Origin: the human T2T-CHM13v2.0 reference genome, Homo sapiens
Reading direction: 5' to 3' (one strand)
Length of the DNA stretch: 64,000 bases
NCBI RefSeq assembly: GCF_009914755.1
Contig: NC_060927.1
Under the pieces are notes generated by a model that had not been told where the DNA came from, did no database searches, and worked only from the letters and a program-made list of their open reading frames with translations. Positions 29,275 through 44,053 of the stretch are shown piece by piece. Position 1 is the stretch's first letter; each line of letters starts with the position of its first letter. Position numbers and translations under genes: made by a program.

Positions 29275-30895
29275 CTAGGAAATATATATATATATTTATA
29301 TATATTTATATGTATATATATATTTATATATATTTATATGTATATTTATATATATTTATATATTTATATATTTTATTTATTTATGTATTTATATATACTT
29401 TATATATTTATATATTTATATATACTTATATATTGATATATATTTATATATACTTATATATTTATATATATTTATATATACTTATATATTTATATATATT
29501 TATATATACTTATATATTTATATATATTTATATATTTGTATATATTTTATACATATATATATTTATATATTTGTATATATTTTATACATTTATATATTTA
29601 TATATATTTTTATATAATTTTATATATTTATATATATTTATATATATTTTTATATATTTTTATATTTTTATATATATAGATGGATGGATGAATAAATAGG
29701 AAATATATATATTTATATATAATATATAGGAAATATATATATACATATATAATATATAGGAAATATATATATACATATATAATATATAGGAAATATATAT
29801 ATACATATATAATATATAGGAAATATATATATACATATATAATATATAGGAAATATATATATACATATATAATATATAGGAAATATATATATACATATAT
29901 AATATATAGGAAATATATATATACATATATAATATATAGGAAATATATATATACATATATATATATACACACACACACACTCCTAGGAAATATATATATA
30001 TTTATATATATTTATATGTATATTTATATATATTTATATATTTTATATATTTATGTATTTATATATACTTTATATATTTATATATTTATATATACTTATA
30101 TATTAATATATATTTATATATACTTATATATTAATATATATTTATATATACTTATATATTAATATATATTTATATATACTTATATATTAATATATATTTA
30201 TATATACTTATATATTAATATATATTTATATATACTTATATATTAATATATATTTATATATACTTATATATTAATATATATTTATATATACTTATATATT
30301 AATATATATTTATATATACTTATATATTAATATATATTTATATATACTTATATATTAATATATATTTATATATACTTATATATTAATATATATTTATATA
30401 TACTTATATATTAATATATATTTATATATACTTATATATTTATATATACTTATATATTTATATATATTTATATATACTTATATATTTATATATACTTATA
30501 TATTTATATATATTTATATATACTTATATATTTATATATATTTATATATACTTATATATTTATATATATTTATATATTTATATATATTTTATACATTTAT
30601 ATATATTTTTATATAATTTTATATCTTTATATATATTTATATTTTTATATATTTTTATATATTTTTATATATTTTTATATTTTTATATATATAGATGGAT
30701 GGATGAATAAATAGGAAATATATATATTTATATGTAATATATAGGAAATATATATATACATATATAATATATAGGAAATATATATATACATATATAATAT
30801 ATAGGAAATATATATATACATATATAATATATAGGAAATATATATATACATATATAATATATAGGAAATATATATACATATATAATATATAGGAA

Positions 30896-30926
<31 letters not shown>

Positions 30927-30955
30927 CACCCCTAGGAAATATATATATATATGGA
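29275..30955. repeat. Compound AT-rich minisatellite with two higher-order units
   Basis: Units start CCTAGGAAATATA at about 29275, 29982 and 30931 (partial). They contain arrays of the 30-mer AAATATATATATACATATATAATATATAGG and the 28-mer TACTTATATATTAATATATATTTATATA. Confidence 0.95.
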
Positions 30956-30962
30956 AGGATGA

Positions 30963-30973
30963 ATAGATAGATG

Positions 30974-31009
<36 letters not shown>

Positions 31010-31014
31010 CAGAC
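30963..31014 (+). repeat. (GATA)n/(GACA)n tetranucleotide STR
   Basis: Read directly from the sequence. Confidence 0.95.
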
Positions 31015-31875
31015 ATGTAGGAAACCCAGGGACTGAGTTCCGGGAAGTTTGAGAGCTAAGAGATTAGGAACAAGATTAGGAACCTCAAAAGGCATAGGCA
31101 GTGAAGTATAAGAAAAATCAGAAGAGTAGGTATCCCAACAGCGAAGTCAAAACGGTGTTTGGAAGAAAAGGGATAGATCACCCCTATAATATAGGTCAAG
31201 GATGAAGAAGACTAAAAATTTGACATTGCATTTAGCAACAAGGAGGTGATTAGAAACCTAACCTTGAAAAAAGTACAATTTCAATACATTCTGAGGAAAG
31301 AGTTATAAACATAACTGGAGTGCTTTTCAGAGGCAATGGGGAAAATGTCATCGGCACTAGTGTAATTTTGGCATTCTTTATAAAATAGTCATAGCAACTA
31401 GGATAGCAAGACTAAAGATCTACAGACAATGTCTACAACAAAGTGTAGTGATTAATTCTCTGTGGGAAATCAGGTAATTAATGGCGGCCAGAAAAGAGAA
31501 ATGATTCATGTTTCTGCAACCCAGAAATAACTGGTGCACAACAGGTTTATTTTGACCTTCCTTTCAAAATAAATAATCAACAAGGAGTTTTATCATTTTA
31601 TTTTTAAAGTATAATTTTTAAATAAAATGAGATTTTTCTTGTGATGTATGACATGGTATAGGATGATGACTGGGATAATACTATATATTAAACAAAAATG
31701 TTGATTGTAAAACATTACAATCCTTATTTAGTAAACTAAAAATGTATAAACTAAAATATAGTAAACTAAAAAAATAGTAATGAACTAAAAATATAGATAG
31801 ATGAATATATGGATGGACTCATAATACAGAAAGAAATGTTAATAGCAGTTATCTCAGAAATAAAAGATTGTGAGT

Positions 31876-32965
31876 TATCGTGTGAAATTCACCCCCAATA
31901 TTTCACGTGGGTTCTTTTCTATTTTCCCTAAGTGTTGGCCGGTATGAGAAATAAAGGGACGGAGTACAAAAGAGAGAAATTTTAAAGCTGGGTGTCCAGG
32001 GGAGACATCATAGCCTGGCAGGTTCCGTGATGCCCCCTGAGCCATAAAACCAGCAAGTTTTTATTAGTGATTTTCAAAAGGGGAGGGAGTGTATGAATAG
32101 GGTGTGGGTCACAGAGATCACATGCCTCACAAGGTAATAAGATATCACAAGGTAAATGGAGGTAGGGCGAGATCACAGGACCACAGGACCGGGGCAAAAT
32201 TAAAATTGCTGATGAAGTTTCGGGCACACGTTGTCATTGATAACACCTTATCAGAAAACAGGGTTTCAGAGTAGACAACCGGTCTGACCAAAATTTATTA
32301 GGTGGGAATTTCCTCGTCCTAATAAGTCTGGGAGTGCTATGGGAGACTGGGGCTTATTTCATCCCTACAACTGCAAGCGTAAAAGACAGCCGCCCCCAAA
32401 GCGGCCATTTTAGAGGCCTACCCTCAGGGACACATTCTCTTTCTCAGGAATGTTCCTTGCTGAGAAAAAGAATTCAGCGATATTTCTCCCATTTGCTTTT
32501 GAAAGAAGAGACATATGGCTCTGTTCTTCCCGGCTCACCGGCAGTCAGAGTTTAAGGTTATCTTTCTTGTTCCCTGAACATTGCTGTTATCCTGTTCTTT
32601 TTTCAAGGTGCTCAGATTTCATATTGCTCAAACACACTTGCTCAACAAACAATTTGTGCAGTTAACGCAATCATCACAGGGTCCTGAGGCGACATACATC
32701 CTCCTCAGTTTAAGAAGATGATGGGATTAAGAGATTAAAGTAAAAACAGGCATGGGAAACCACAAGGGTATTGATTGGGGAAGTGATAAGTGTCCATGAA
32801 ATCTTCACAATTTATGTTCAGAGATTGCAGTAAAGACAAGCGTAAGAAATTATAAAAGTATTAATTTGGGAAACTAATAAATGTCCATGAAATCTTCACA
32901 ATTTATGTTCTTCTGCCATGGCTTCAGCCAGTCCCTTTGTTTGGGGTCCCTGACTTCCCACAACA
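31876..32965 (-). mobile_element. MER11 solo LTR (HERV-K11/HML-8)
   Basis: Right end GGGGTCCCTGACTTCCCACAACA is the reverse complement of the MER11 start; length 1090 bp; 6-bp TSD GTGAGT at 31870-31875 and 32966-32971. Confidence 0.92.
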
Positions 32966-33379
32966 GTGAGTAAATTTGTTCTATCTTGTTTACTTTTCTG
33001 TCTTTCAAATTTTCTATTATAATTATATATATATTTTTTCTAATTAAAGAAAGAAAAGTACTGTAATTTCAGAGGATTCTCATTGCCTTAAAATGAACTA
33101 TAATGTTTTCTCATGAGATACCCTCCTCCAAGCCTTATTTGCCTCGCTGGCCTTGGGACCCTGTTTGTGCACCAGAATTAATGAACTATTTTAAAATCTC
33201 CAAATAAGTTATGCTGTTTCAAGCCTTTGTACCATTTCAGATATTATCCTGTCTATTAGAAATATCCCACTCTCTCTCATTCACCTGGTGAATTCACCAC
33301 GTGAGTTACCTTTGAAGCCTCGCCTCAAATGTTTGTTTTTCTAAGAATCATTACAAAACAGAACATATTTTTAAAATTT

Positions 33380-33640
33380 GTTTTTTTTTAATTTTTGTGG
33401 ATACAAAGTAGGTGTACATACTTATGGAGTGCATGCAATGTGAAATAAGCACATCTTGGAGAATGGGGTATCCATCCCCTCAAGCTTTTATCCTTTGAGT
33501 TACAGACAATTAATTACATTCTCTAACTTATCTTAAAATATACAATTACATTATTATTGGCTGTAGTCACCTTTTTGTGCTATCAAATAGTATAACTTAT
33601 TTATTCTTTCTATTTTTTTACCTGTTGACCTTCCCCATCT
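33380..33640 (-). mobile_element. L1MA1-3-type 3' end fragment
   Basis: TTTAATTTTTGTGGATACAAAGTAGGTG...GAGAATGGGGTATCCATCCCCTCAAGC...GTGCTATCAAATAG. Confidence 0.85.
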
Positions 33641-33894
33641 TTGAAAATATTTTTTCCTCTATCTTCTTTGAATCCCTTATTTCTTTTTGTTCCAGAATTA
33701 AGAACAGCTTATTTCTAGTCACCTTATTCCAAGTACATGTCAAATCAAATTGAGAACAAGAAGAAAAGGGAGGAGAGGTCTTTTTATCAGGTTTATTGGA
33801 GAAATAAATTAGTGATGTCCTTCAAACTATGGCTTGAATCTAGTTGACCTCATTTTGCATTTGGGTCATTTGTTTCCATGCTTTTCTCTACTCT

Positions 33895-34020
33895 TCACTT
33901 GACCTGCCTAGGATAGCACTGTGTCTTACTGACTTTTGAATTCTTAATACCTAGAAAGCTACTAGCACAAAGAAAATGCTTAATAAAAATTTTTCAATAA
34001 ATAAATGAATATATGAATAT
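33895..34020 (+). mobile_element. L2 3' end fragment
   Basis: CTAGCACAAAGAAAATGCTTAATAAAAATTTTTCAATAAATAAATGAAT. Confidence 0.55.
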
Positions 34021-34256
34021 TGGAATGTCTGAGGCATAGCTCCTGTCTTTAAGTTCAGAATTATAGGACCTAAGACAAATATATAAATAAGGCAAAGAAA
34101 AACTATTAAAAGCCACAGATAAAAGTGCAGATTTATATCAAAAGTTATTTTTACTCTGTATTATTTTAATGTTATGAGAGAGTCATTTTGATTTAAACAA
34201 AATCTTTATTATTGAGTTATCAAATGCCAATAATAAGAACATATGATGGGATATAT

Positions 34257-34561
<305 letters not shown>

Positions 34562-34599
34562 ATACACACATATATATATATATTTATGATATAAATGTG

Positions 34600-35050
34600 G
34601 AAATGACAAGAAAAGTGGGGAGCAAATTTTTAAAGTGAGAGACATGATATTTATTGTTAAAGATATAAATTGACACAAGTTTTCTGGGAATAACTGACAA
34701 TACTTACTAAAATTAAGTAAAGGTATGCTCTTTGACCCTGGGATCACAGTTCTGGGTGCATACCACAGGGAAATTCTCACAGGGGTAGTATGAGAACAAG
34801 TGTGCAGATTTTCACTGTGGCCTTTATTCAAGAGCAAGAAGCCATAGGTAACCAGAAGAATAGGTGAGTAAAATGAGGTGCACACACATATACCATGCAG
34901 CAATTAGAAACAACTAAATGTGTATATAAAAATGGATAGCTCTTAAAAGCAGCATTGAACAAAAAGGAAAGATAAAAGCATAATAAGTTTTATAGTCCAA
35001 TTTCATATGTACAAATTAAAAACACACTTATCCAAATGACTACAGATTTT
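34600..35050 (+). mobile_element. Old L1ME-type fragment
   Basis: GCTCTTTGACCCTGGGATCACAGTTCTGGGTGCATACCACAGGGAAATTCTCAC. Confidence 0.6.
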
Positions 35051-35789
35051 ATTAAAATTACATAAATAGTTAAAGGCATGTCAAAACACAGTAGAATGTG
35101 TTCTAATTTTATGAGAACAAGGAAAGTAGAAATCTAGAGTAACAAAAAGTATAACAAGGGATGAAGTTTGCACACACTAATGAGCACTATAACTCAATTC
35201 TCTGTTCCCATAATTATAAAATTATGTGTTTATAAGTGATGGACTGTAGCATAGAAAAATTTGACAACTTATAAACAAAATATAATATTAGCAGCCAAAT
35301 TATGTTTAAAATTTTAGCAATTTGGAGACAAATTTTTAAAATATACACCTTTAAACCCATTTATGAAAATTTTGTGTTACATAACCATTCCTGTAATGAA
35401 GTTAGAGAGTCACCAAATCCTTCTTTAGGTTATTTTTATTTATTTGGTTTTAAATATTTTATGTTTTGAAATGATGCTATATTGAGATAAAAACCAGATT
35501 GTCTGTTAGGGAGACCAGGGTTATGATAAAAATTTGCAATATAAACTAAAGTAAAGTAAAACAGTGTATAGAGATGCCAGCAACTCAAAATTTATAATTA
35601 CTCTGGGTTTTAATTACATTATTTTTAAAAATTATTATAAAAAATAGGACTATCCAAGAGACTTCACTGGAAAAATGTGTATAACCGATTTCTAAACACT
35701 TATTTATGACTAATAATACATGACTTTTTCATGACTGCTTGATAATACCAGGAGTTTGCAAAGTACAACGGAAACACTATTGATTTGAA

Positions 35790-35952
35790 AAACTGTCTTG
35801 GCTGTCTATACAACTCATTGACTTTGTGATTCTGAACATTTTATTTGCTATCTGTGGATAATAGAGTTCTTGCTACGATTAAATGAGTTAATATAAAATA
35901 TGTAAAGAGCTTAGAATCTCTGTCACACAATAATGCTACAGCTAGCTATTAT
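35790..35952 (+). mobile_element. MIR fragment
   Basis: GATTAAATGAGTTAATATAAAATATGTAAAGAGCTTAGAA...TAGCTATTATT. Confidence 0.6.
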
Positions 35953-36101
35953 TCTGTGAATCTTTATTTCTTTATAATTTGAAGATGATAAGCTTGTAAA
36001 TTTTCCTGAACTCTAACATGTAATGATAATATCTAGCTGATGAGATTACCAAAAGAATAAGGATGTTTATTTAGCATTCTAAGGAGACCTCACTTAGAAG
36101 G

Positions 36102-36515
36102 TGTCTTAGTTCATTCTTTCTGCTATAACAAAAGACTGGGTAATCTATACTACTGGCTAATCTATAAAGAACAGAAATGTATTTCTTGAAGTTCTAGAGG
36201 ATGGTAAGTTCAAGATCAAGGTGCCAGCAGATTTGAAGGAACATGGGCATCTTCCTAATGGGTGGAACCTTTTATGTGTCCTCTCATGGAGCAAGAACAA
36301 AAAAGAATGAACACTGTACCCTCATGTGGTGGAAGAGATGAAAATTCCAGGAAGCTCTCTGAAGGCTTTTCTCTAAGGGCATTAATCCCATTCGCAAGGA
36401 TGGGGTTCTCATGACTGAATCACTTCCCCAAGTGCCCCACATCTTAATACTATCAAATTGGGGATTAAGTCTCAACACAAATTTTGGAGAGACACAGACA
36501 TTAAAAACCATAGCA
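36102..36515 (-). mobile_element. MSTC/MSTD-like MaLR solo LTR
   Basis: TGTCTTAGTTC...GTTCAAGATCAAGGTGCCAGCAGATTTG...AAACCATAGCA; 5-bp TSD GAAGG/GAAGT. Confidence 0.8.
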
Positions 36516-36706
36516 GAAGTTAATATTTAAGCAAGTATTCAAAGGAAGGGAAGAAATCAGGTCTGCAGATATCTTGGGCAATAATATTCTAGACAGAGAA
36601 GGTAGTAAGTGAGAAAAGACCTGAAGAGAGAGATTTTACTGGCATGTTATGGGGACAGCAAGGAGGCCAGCATTGCCGGAGCCGAATGAGTGAAGAAGAA
36701 AAAATG

Positions 36707-37020
36707 GCCTGGGTGGGTTGGTTCACACCTGTAATCTCAGCACTTTGGGAGGCCAAGGTGTGTGGATCACCTGAAGTCAGGAGTTTGAGACCAGCCGGAC
36801 CAACATGGCGAAACCCTGTCTCTACTCAAAATACAAAAATTAGCTGAGTGTGGTGGCCATCACCTGTAATTACAGCTACTTGGGAGGCTGAGGCAGGAGA
36901 GTCACTTGAACTTGAGAGGCAAGGAGATAGCAGTGAGCTGAGATTGTGCCATTGCACGCCAGCCTGGGCGACAGAGCAAGACTCCATCTAAAAAAAAAGA
37001 AAAAAGAAAAAAGAAAAAAA
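36707..37020 (+). mobile_element. AluSx-type SINE
   Basis: Dimeric Alu; GGATCACCTGAAGTCAGGAG; A-rich tail. Confidence 0.9.
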
Positions 37021-37725
37021 GGAAGACATGAAATTGGAGAAATCTTGACAACCCAGGACACAGTTTTTTGTAAGACATTTTAAGAACTTTGCTCTGAGAA
37101 AGAGAGGAAGCCCCTGGAGGGTTTTGAAGACTGGTGACATGATTTACTTGAATTTCAAAAAGGAGCATTCTGACATCCGTTTTGAGAATAAATCAAAGGG
37201 ATCCAAGCACTGAATTAGGGAGAAACATTAGGATACTCTTCCAATAATCCAGCTAGAAATGATGGTAGAGATAGGAAAGAGAAGAAAGAATTTTTTTTTT
37301 TTTTACGTGCTGTGTGAAAACAAAGCATTGAGAAGACAATTTGATTTTTTTAAAATCTGGAGTTTAGGAGATCAATTCAGGCTGTGGAAATAAACATGAG
37401 AATTGACAGTTGTCAGAAAATATAAAACCTGAGAATTGTTTAGCAACATGAATCTCATTGGAGGCAAGAAGAATTTCAAGAGAATAATGAGGTAAAAGCT
37501 ATTTGGACTGAATTAAGAAACAATGGAAGGAGGGGAATTGGAGAGAAATAGCATAAATACATTTTGGAGAAGATTTGCTGTAAAGAGGGGCAGAGGTGGA
37601 GCAGTAAGTCAAGAAAAGACTTTTAAAATTGATATATCTTTGCCTGTTAGCAAGAATGATTTAATAAAGAGAGAAAATTTGGTTGTTCCATAAAGTTGGG
37701 AGAATTTCTAGAGCTATGTTCATAA

Positions 37726-38094
<369 letters not shown>

Positions 38095-38849
38095 TAAGAA
38101 AGGATTACAGATAGCCTACCTACAGTTACAGGAGAGAAAACAGAGTATGTGGAACATCTGTAAGTAGTAACTTACTTTTCACTGTGGTGACAACTTAGGC
38201 GGTTTTTTCCTCTTGTGAGAGCTAAGCAATTTTCTTAAAGAAAGGTTTCTTAAACAAGGTTAGTGAGTTTAGTGATGTTTTGCTGGTGATTTGAGAAAAG
38301 AAAGTTTAAGATACAAATTAAAAGTAGTAGGAGAACCAATTGGCAAAGAAAATGTATAAATTTCGAAGTCATAAGTTAAAAGTGAGAGCAATCCGGATGC
38401 TAGGGTGTTTTGTTCCAGCTACACTCATTAGCAAAGGTTCAGGTGCACAGATGGCAGAGTTGATTTCCACCAGGTTTGAGGTTTTGCCAAGAGAGCATTC
38501 AAAAGCAAAAAAGAGACAAATGAGTTAACAGAATTTGCAACGGAGTGATCACAGTGATGGCCACAGGATGTAGTGAGGTAAGAAGGTGAGGACATGAGGG
38601 GAGTGAGAGATAGTGAAAATTTAGATCAATAGATTGTATTCTCAATGAAATTGAGAAATAGTGTGAATTCACAAGTTATATGGACTTGGCCAGGAAAACA
38701 GGAGATAAGAGTCAGAGAGGAAGATACTTGAAATTGAGATTACTGGTGATTGATCACACAAAACTAGTATGTAATCATGGGAGTGATTGGATAAAGAAGG
38801 GCAGAAAATAAAATTATTTCACCTAAGTTGGAATACATTAGAAGAACAA

Positions 38850-39178
38850 GTGATTCTTTTGTTTAACTCACATTTTAACTCACCCACCTATGTGGGTGGT
38901 GGTCAGAGGAGGTGTTAGGTAGACACTGCTTCCCACACCCGTTGAAGGAGTCAGACTAACAAAGACTTTCCCATATTGAGGCTGCACCATACAGAGCACA
39001 TGGTTCTATGTTTGTATCCAAGGGAGGAAAGAAAGCTGGAGGTATTCTTGCCAAATATTATATCCTTTGATACAGTCCATTGACCAGAATTAGTCACATG
39101 GCCTTGCCTAACTGAAGGGGGCTAGGAAAAGTGTGGGAACACATAGATATTTGGTAAGCAACAAAAGTTGCTGAGACA
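38850..39178 (-). mobile_element. Old MLT1 (J/K/L-like) LTR fragment
   Basis: CCATTGACCAGAATTAGTCACATGGCCTTGCCTAACTGAAGGGGGCTAGGAAA. Confidence 0.65.
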
Positions 39179-39227
39179 TCTGGTACGTGAAGATGAATGA
39201 TGCAAAGACAGGTGGTTGTTGGTTTAT

Positions 39228-39810
39228 TCCCCATACTGCTGCCAAAACAGGCTTTCTAAAATGCAAATCTCACTGTGTCCTTGGCATACTAAGAATCCTA
39301 CAGTGAGTAACTTTACGATATAAAAACTTTACCTCGGTTGACAGGAGTAGGGAGAGATTCCAGTAGCTCCTCCTAAAGTTTAGAATAAATTTCAAACTTC
39401 TGAGTTTCACAAATAAGATCTTGTGTTGTCTGGCCCTTTCTACTTCCCCAGGTCCTGCTAGTTCACTGCTATATTATATTGCACCTGGGATACTCTTGCC
39501 CCATTGACATGTAACTACCTCCTACTGCCTCAAAATTCAGTTTAAATGTATCTGTTTCTGAGAAACTTCCCTATGTGCCTCCCATGCCTACATCAGCTTT
39601 TGTTTGATGTCTTTCTGTTTGGAATTCTGCAGAACTCTAAGATTTTACACCAGTGGCCTCTATTACTGTTGATTCATGTTTCTCAGCCTCCTAGTTACCC
39701 CCCTGAAGGGCAGAACCATGTGTAATTTGACTTTATATACCCAGTGATTAAAAGTTTCTGGTACATAGAGCAGGCAATTAATAAACTTTGTTAAATGAAT
39801 GAATGAATAT
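39228..39810 (+). mobile_element. L2 3' region
   Basis: CTTTCTAAAATGCAAATCT; terminal TTGTTAAATGAATGAATGAAT. Confidence 0.65.
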
Positions 39811-42636
39811 TTATTTGTCTTTGTTATAATTTTATTTATTCTTTTGGCTTTTCATAAAATGCAGATTTTTTTAATCCAACTGTTTTTCTTTTTAAAGGAT
39901 CAGCATGAGTTGTTGTTATCAAATGTTATCTTTTATTCCTCAGCATGTCCAACGCTCCGAGCAACCATTTTTCTTTCTGTAGAGCTTAATATATCTTTGA
40001 ATAATTAGTATTTAAACCATTAAAGACCTTCTCTTGGAAAATTATCATGATAATAATAAAACCACAAAAATGTCTTTCATCTGTGCCTTAATAAAATACA
40101 ATTAAAATTTAATAAAAGCTCTGAATTTCCATTTATCAAATTCTGCATATCCTGAGGGAGGTAACAGCGGTGTTACAACCAGACCAATTAAATAGCCAGT
40201 TGTAGTTAAACTCTTTAATTGACATAAAGGTGATTGTAATTCTGTACTTACCATTCCGGTGTTGCTCATGGCCTTTTTGAACAGAATGTCCATTTTTATT
40301 CAGTCCCATCTATATTTCAGTATGCTACAAAAAGTTCTTACTTTATTGTATTTAATATTATAATGATGTTTCTATCATATTTTCTTGGTTGCCCATTTTT
40401 CTTCCAATAGATTAATTAGTCTAAATACCATCATTTTGAAATGCATTCCCCCTCACATAATTTAACACCATTGTTGCCACAGAGAAGGGGAAAACGATTA
40501 GAAGTGGAATACATATTTTTAAGTGGCTACATTTCATTTAAAAATACAAGAAGCAGGAATATTTTCCAAACATCTAAAATACCCACAATGGATTTTTGCG
40601 GAAGCAGTAAAACATTTTTCCATTAATAAAATTTGAAGAATTCATTGCAAAACATTAGTGAAAAGTAAGTTAAACATATGTCACCTTCTTTTAGGCATTT
40701 TTTTCAAAAATAATTGAGGCCCACAGTCTTCATTTTATTGAGGACAATCATAGGCTATTTGGTCAGATATTTTATGATACAGGTATCTGCTACTATAAGT
40801 TGCTGTTGTAAATATACATATATATCTGAATGTATGGAAACACTGCTGGAAAGATAAATAAGACAATTCGAGAATGTAAAAATATTTCCTTTCTCCATCT
40901 CCATCAGCTGGTGGTTTCTGAGGGAAAGCTAAGTACACACATACTTATTTTGTGGTTTGTTTTGATTAAGCACTGAATAGACCTTACCATTGCTTAATAA
41001 GATATTTAAAATTCCAACAGGAAAGATATGTTCTATATTTCAAACCCAATAAATCACAGTTGCAGCTTTCAGTTGAGACATTTATCTGGCAAACTTAGAA
41101 AAGCCAGCAGAAACATAATGGCAGCTCTTCTTTTTTTTTTTTTTAACTTTTTGTAGCCAGAAAAAACAAGACTGGTATTTTTTAAGTGTAATCTTCATAG
41201 AGTTATAGTAAAAGTCAACAGAGTATAATGCTTTTAAATAATTAAGAGCCATATATTTTGGAGGGTTGTGTTCAAACTCAATATTTATATATATATATAT
41301 TTTTCCTTTGGTATTATTATCAATCACTGGTGTTCTTATGTCTTATAAACCTAGAACTCAATATAGTTTTTAAAAAATTATTATAAGTAACATGTAGTGT
41401 TTTTAAAAATATTTCAAAATTCTGTGAGTTTTATTTTTTATAAGGGCAGATATTTCTTAGGAGCTACTGCGACAGATGAATACATTGGAAGAAAATTACA
41501 GATTTAGAAGTTAATTAAAACATTGCCATTCCTGTAATAGCCAATCAAGTAATTAAAACTGTTTCACTTGCTTTCATTTGTTAAATATGCTACTGAAAAT
41601 TATAATGTTAATTCCAGAGAAAGGAAAATATTATGACATGCATTTTGCTGACTTTCCATCTGACTGGAGTTATGTTAGATCTAGTTTAACAATACCAACT
41701 ACATAACACCAGCTTGAGTCTCTGTCAGGCATTCGTATTTAGTTACGTGTGCTTAATTTCTGATACATACTGAAATGTCACTTTCGTTGTGTTTACTAAT
41801 TTACCTGGTTAAACTTTTAATTACATTATTTGTGTACCCAAGTTAATGTGTTAGTTCACTAAAATGGCTTAAGTAATATTCCTTTCCAGGGACTGCTGCT
41901 TTAGCGGCAGTAGGAAACATGATGGACTGTGTGCATTTTCAGGGTCATCTTGAGGAAATGTTTTGTTGTACACCGAAACAATGTTTTTATTTTTAACAGT
42001 GATCTTTTAAAATGTGAATATATACTGTTTTGAAATTTCCCAATAAAACAATTTCAAGATGAAATGGAACTCTGTTCTTGTGTTTTCAGGAGTTAGGGGG
42101 TTTGAAATTTTCCAACTGCTAATGTTTAATGCAATCTGGTCATTCTCAATCGTGGCTGGACAGTTTTGAAAGTAATTAAAACCCATGCCTCAGCTCACAC
42201 CAAAACACTCATAGTGTCCGTGGATGGGGACAAAGGACAGATACTAAACAAAGGGAAGGGGGTTGAATGTACCATGAGTTAGAGAGCTAAGACTAAAAAA
42301 CCTTTGTGTTATTTTATTAGAGGTAGCAGTTTGGAAATGTTCATTCAAACATTTCTATGAACAGTTCTTAATAAATATTTTAGTTTCTAGGAAGAGAATA
42401 AATTCATCTCTACTGCAGATTAATTCAAACAAAATAATCATATAAAAAACTCAATAACCATAATAAATTAGGCTATTTTATTAAAGAAAAAGATTTCAAA
42501 CAGGCAGATAATGCCTACTTTTTCTTTTGCAAACTCATTGCCCTAATCTGCAGTTTATGAAGTATTTGTAAGTCTCCGGAATGGCTTCTCTCTAGGGAGT
42601 TTACTGTGTAGTTGGGGAGAAAAGGCAACATCAGGT

Positions 42637-43401
<765 letters not shown>

Positions 43402-43464
43402 ATCAGACTATCATCTAATATAAAGAAATATGGAACAAGTAAAGAACACAATAATGATACCGAA

Positions 43465-43710
43465 AATGGTAGCTAACATTAGCAGAGTGCCTACTATGTG
43501 GCAGGCACCATGCAAAAGAAAACCTGCATAAAATTATCTATTACTTTATTTAATCCTTATAATATTCACTATTATTATCACTACCTACCCCTTCCCAATT
43601 TGCGGATACAGAATCAGAAGTTTTGAGTGGGTAAGCAATTTTCCCAATGCTGCCAGCTAACTAAGGAACCCAGGCCCTTTAAATCCAGAGTCTACAGTTT
43701 TAACCTCTTG
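43465..43710 (-). mobile_element. MIR
   Basis: GCTAACATT...GTGCCTACTATGTGGCAGGCACC...TCCAGAGTCTACAGTTTTAACC. Confidence 0.7.
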
Positions 43711-43781
43711 TCTATAAATCCAGTACTTAAATGAGCTGTAATGGATATAGATTCATAAAGCATAGAAATCAGGGGAAGCTC

Positions 43782-43960
43782 AAGGCATATAGTGCAGAGG
43801 TTGGGGTCCGACAGACCTGTGCTCTCATCAGGGACCAATCACATATGAATTGTGCTGATTAGCATAGCTACTCAAGTTAACATTTGCAATAACTTCTACC
43901 TTGTCAAATTGTTTTGAAGGATTCCATGAAGCTCATATTTAAAGTGCTTAGCGTAGGAGT
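43782..43960 (+). mobile_element. MIR fragment
   Basis: GTTTTGAAGGATTCCATGAAGCTCATATTTAAAGTGCTTAGC. Confidence 0.5.
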
Positions 43961-44053
43961 TACTGAAAATAACAACAACTAAAATTATTCCACATACTCA
44001 CATCCATTTCTTGGAGTCATTCAGTAACTTAAAATGTACAGTATCAAAATAGC

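Larger units (their letters stand above)
28190..31345 (-). mobile_element. L2 (L2a-like) interrupted by an Alu monomer and by the AT-rich VNTR
   Basis: TTTATTCAGCAAAAATATG (L2 3' end, antisense), GGAGGCCATTGGAGAGTTTTG and GAAATCACCTAGG before the VNTR; GCATTTAGCAACAAGGAGGTGATTAG after it. Confidence 0.7.

Noticed and set aside
29701-30430. Regular 28-30-bp repeats superficially like a CRISPR array
   Set aside because: Head-to-tail repeats with no unique spacers, no cas genes and a eukaryotic context.
29265-31095. Seven long Y/I-rich ORFs (up to 146 aa)
   Set aside because: They are translations of the TA-rich minisatellite, not genes.
32787-32912. ~90-bp internal direct repeat
   Set aside because: As recalled, a normal feature of the MER11 consensus.
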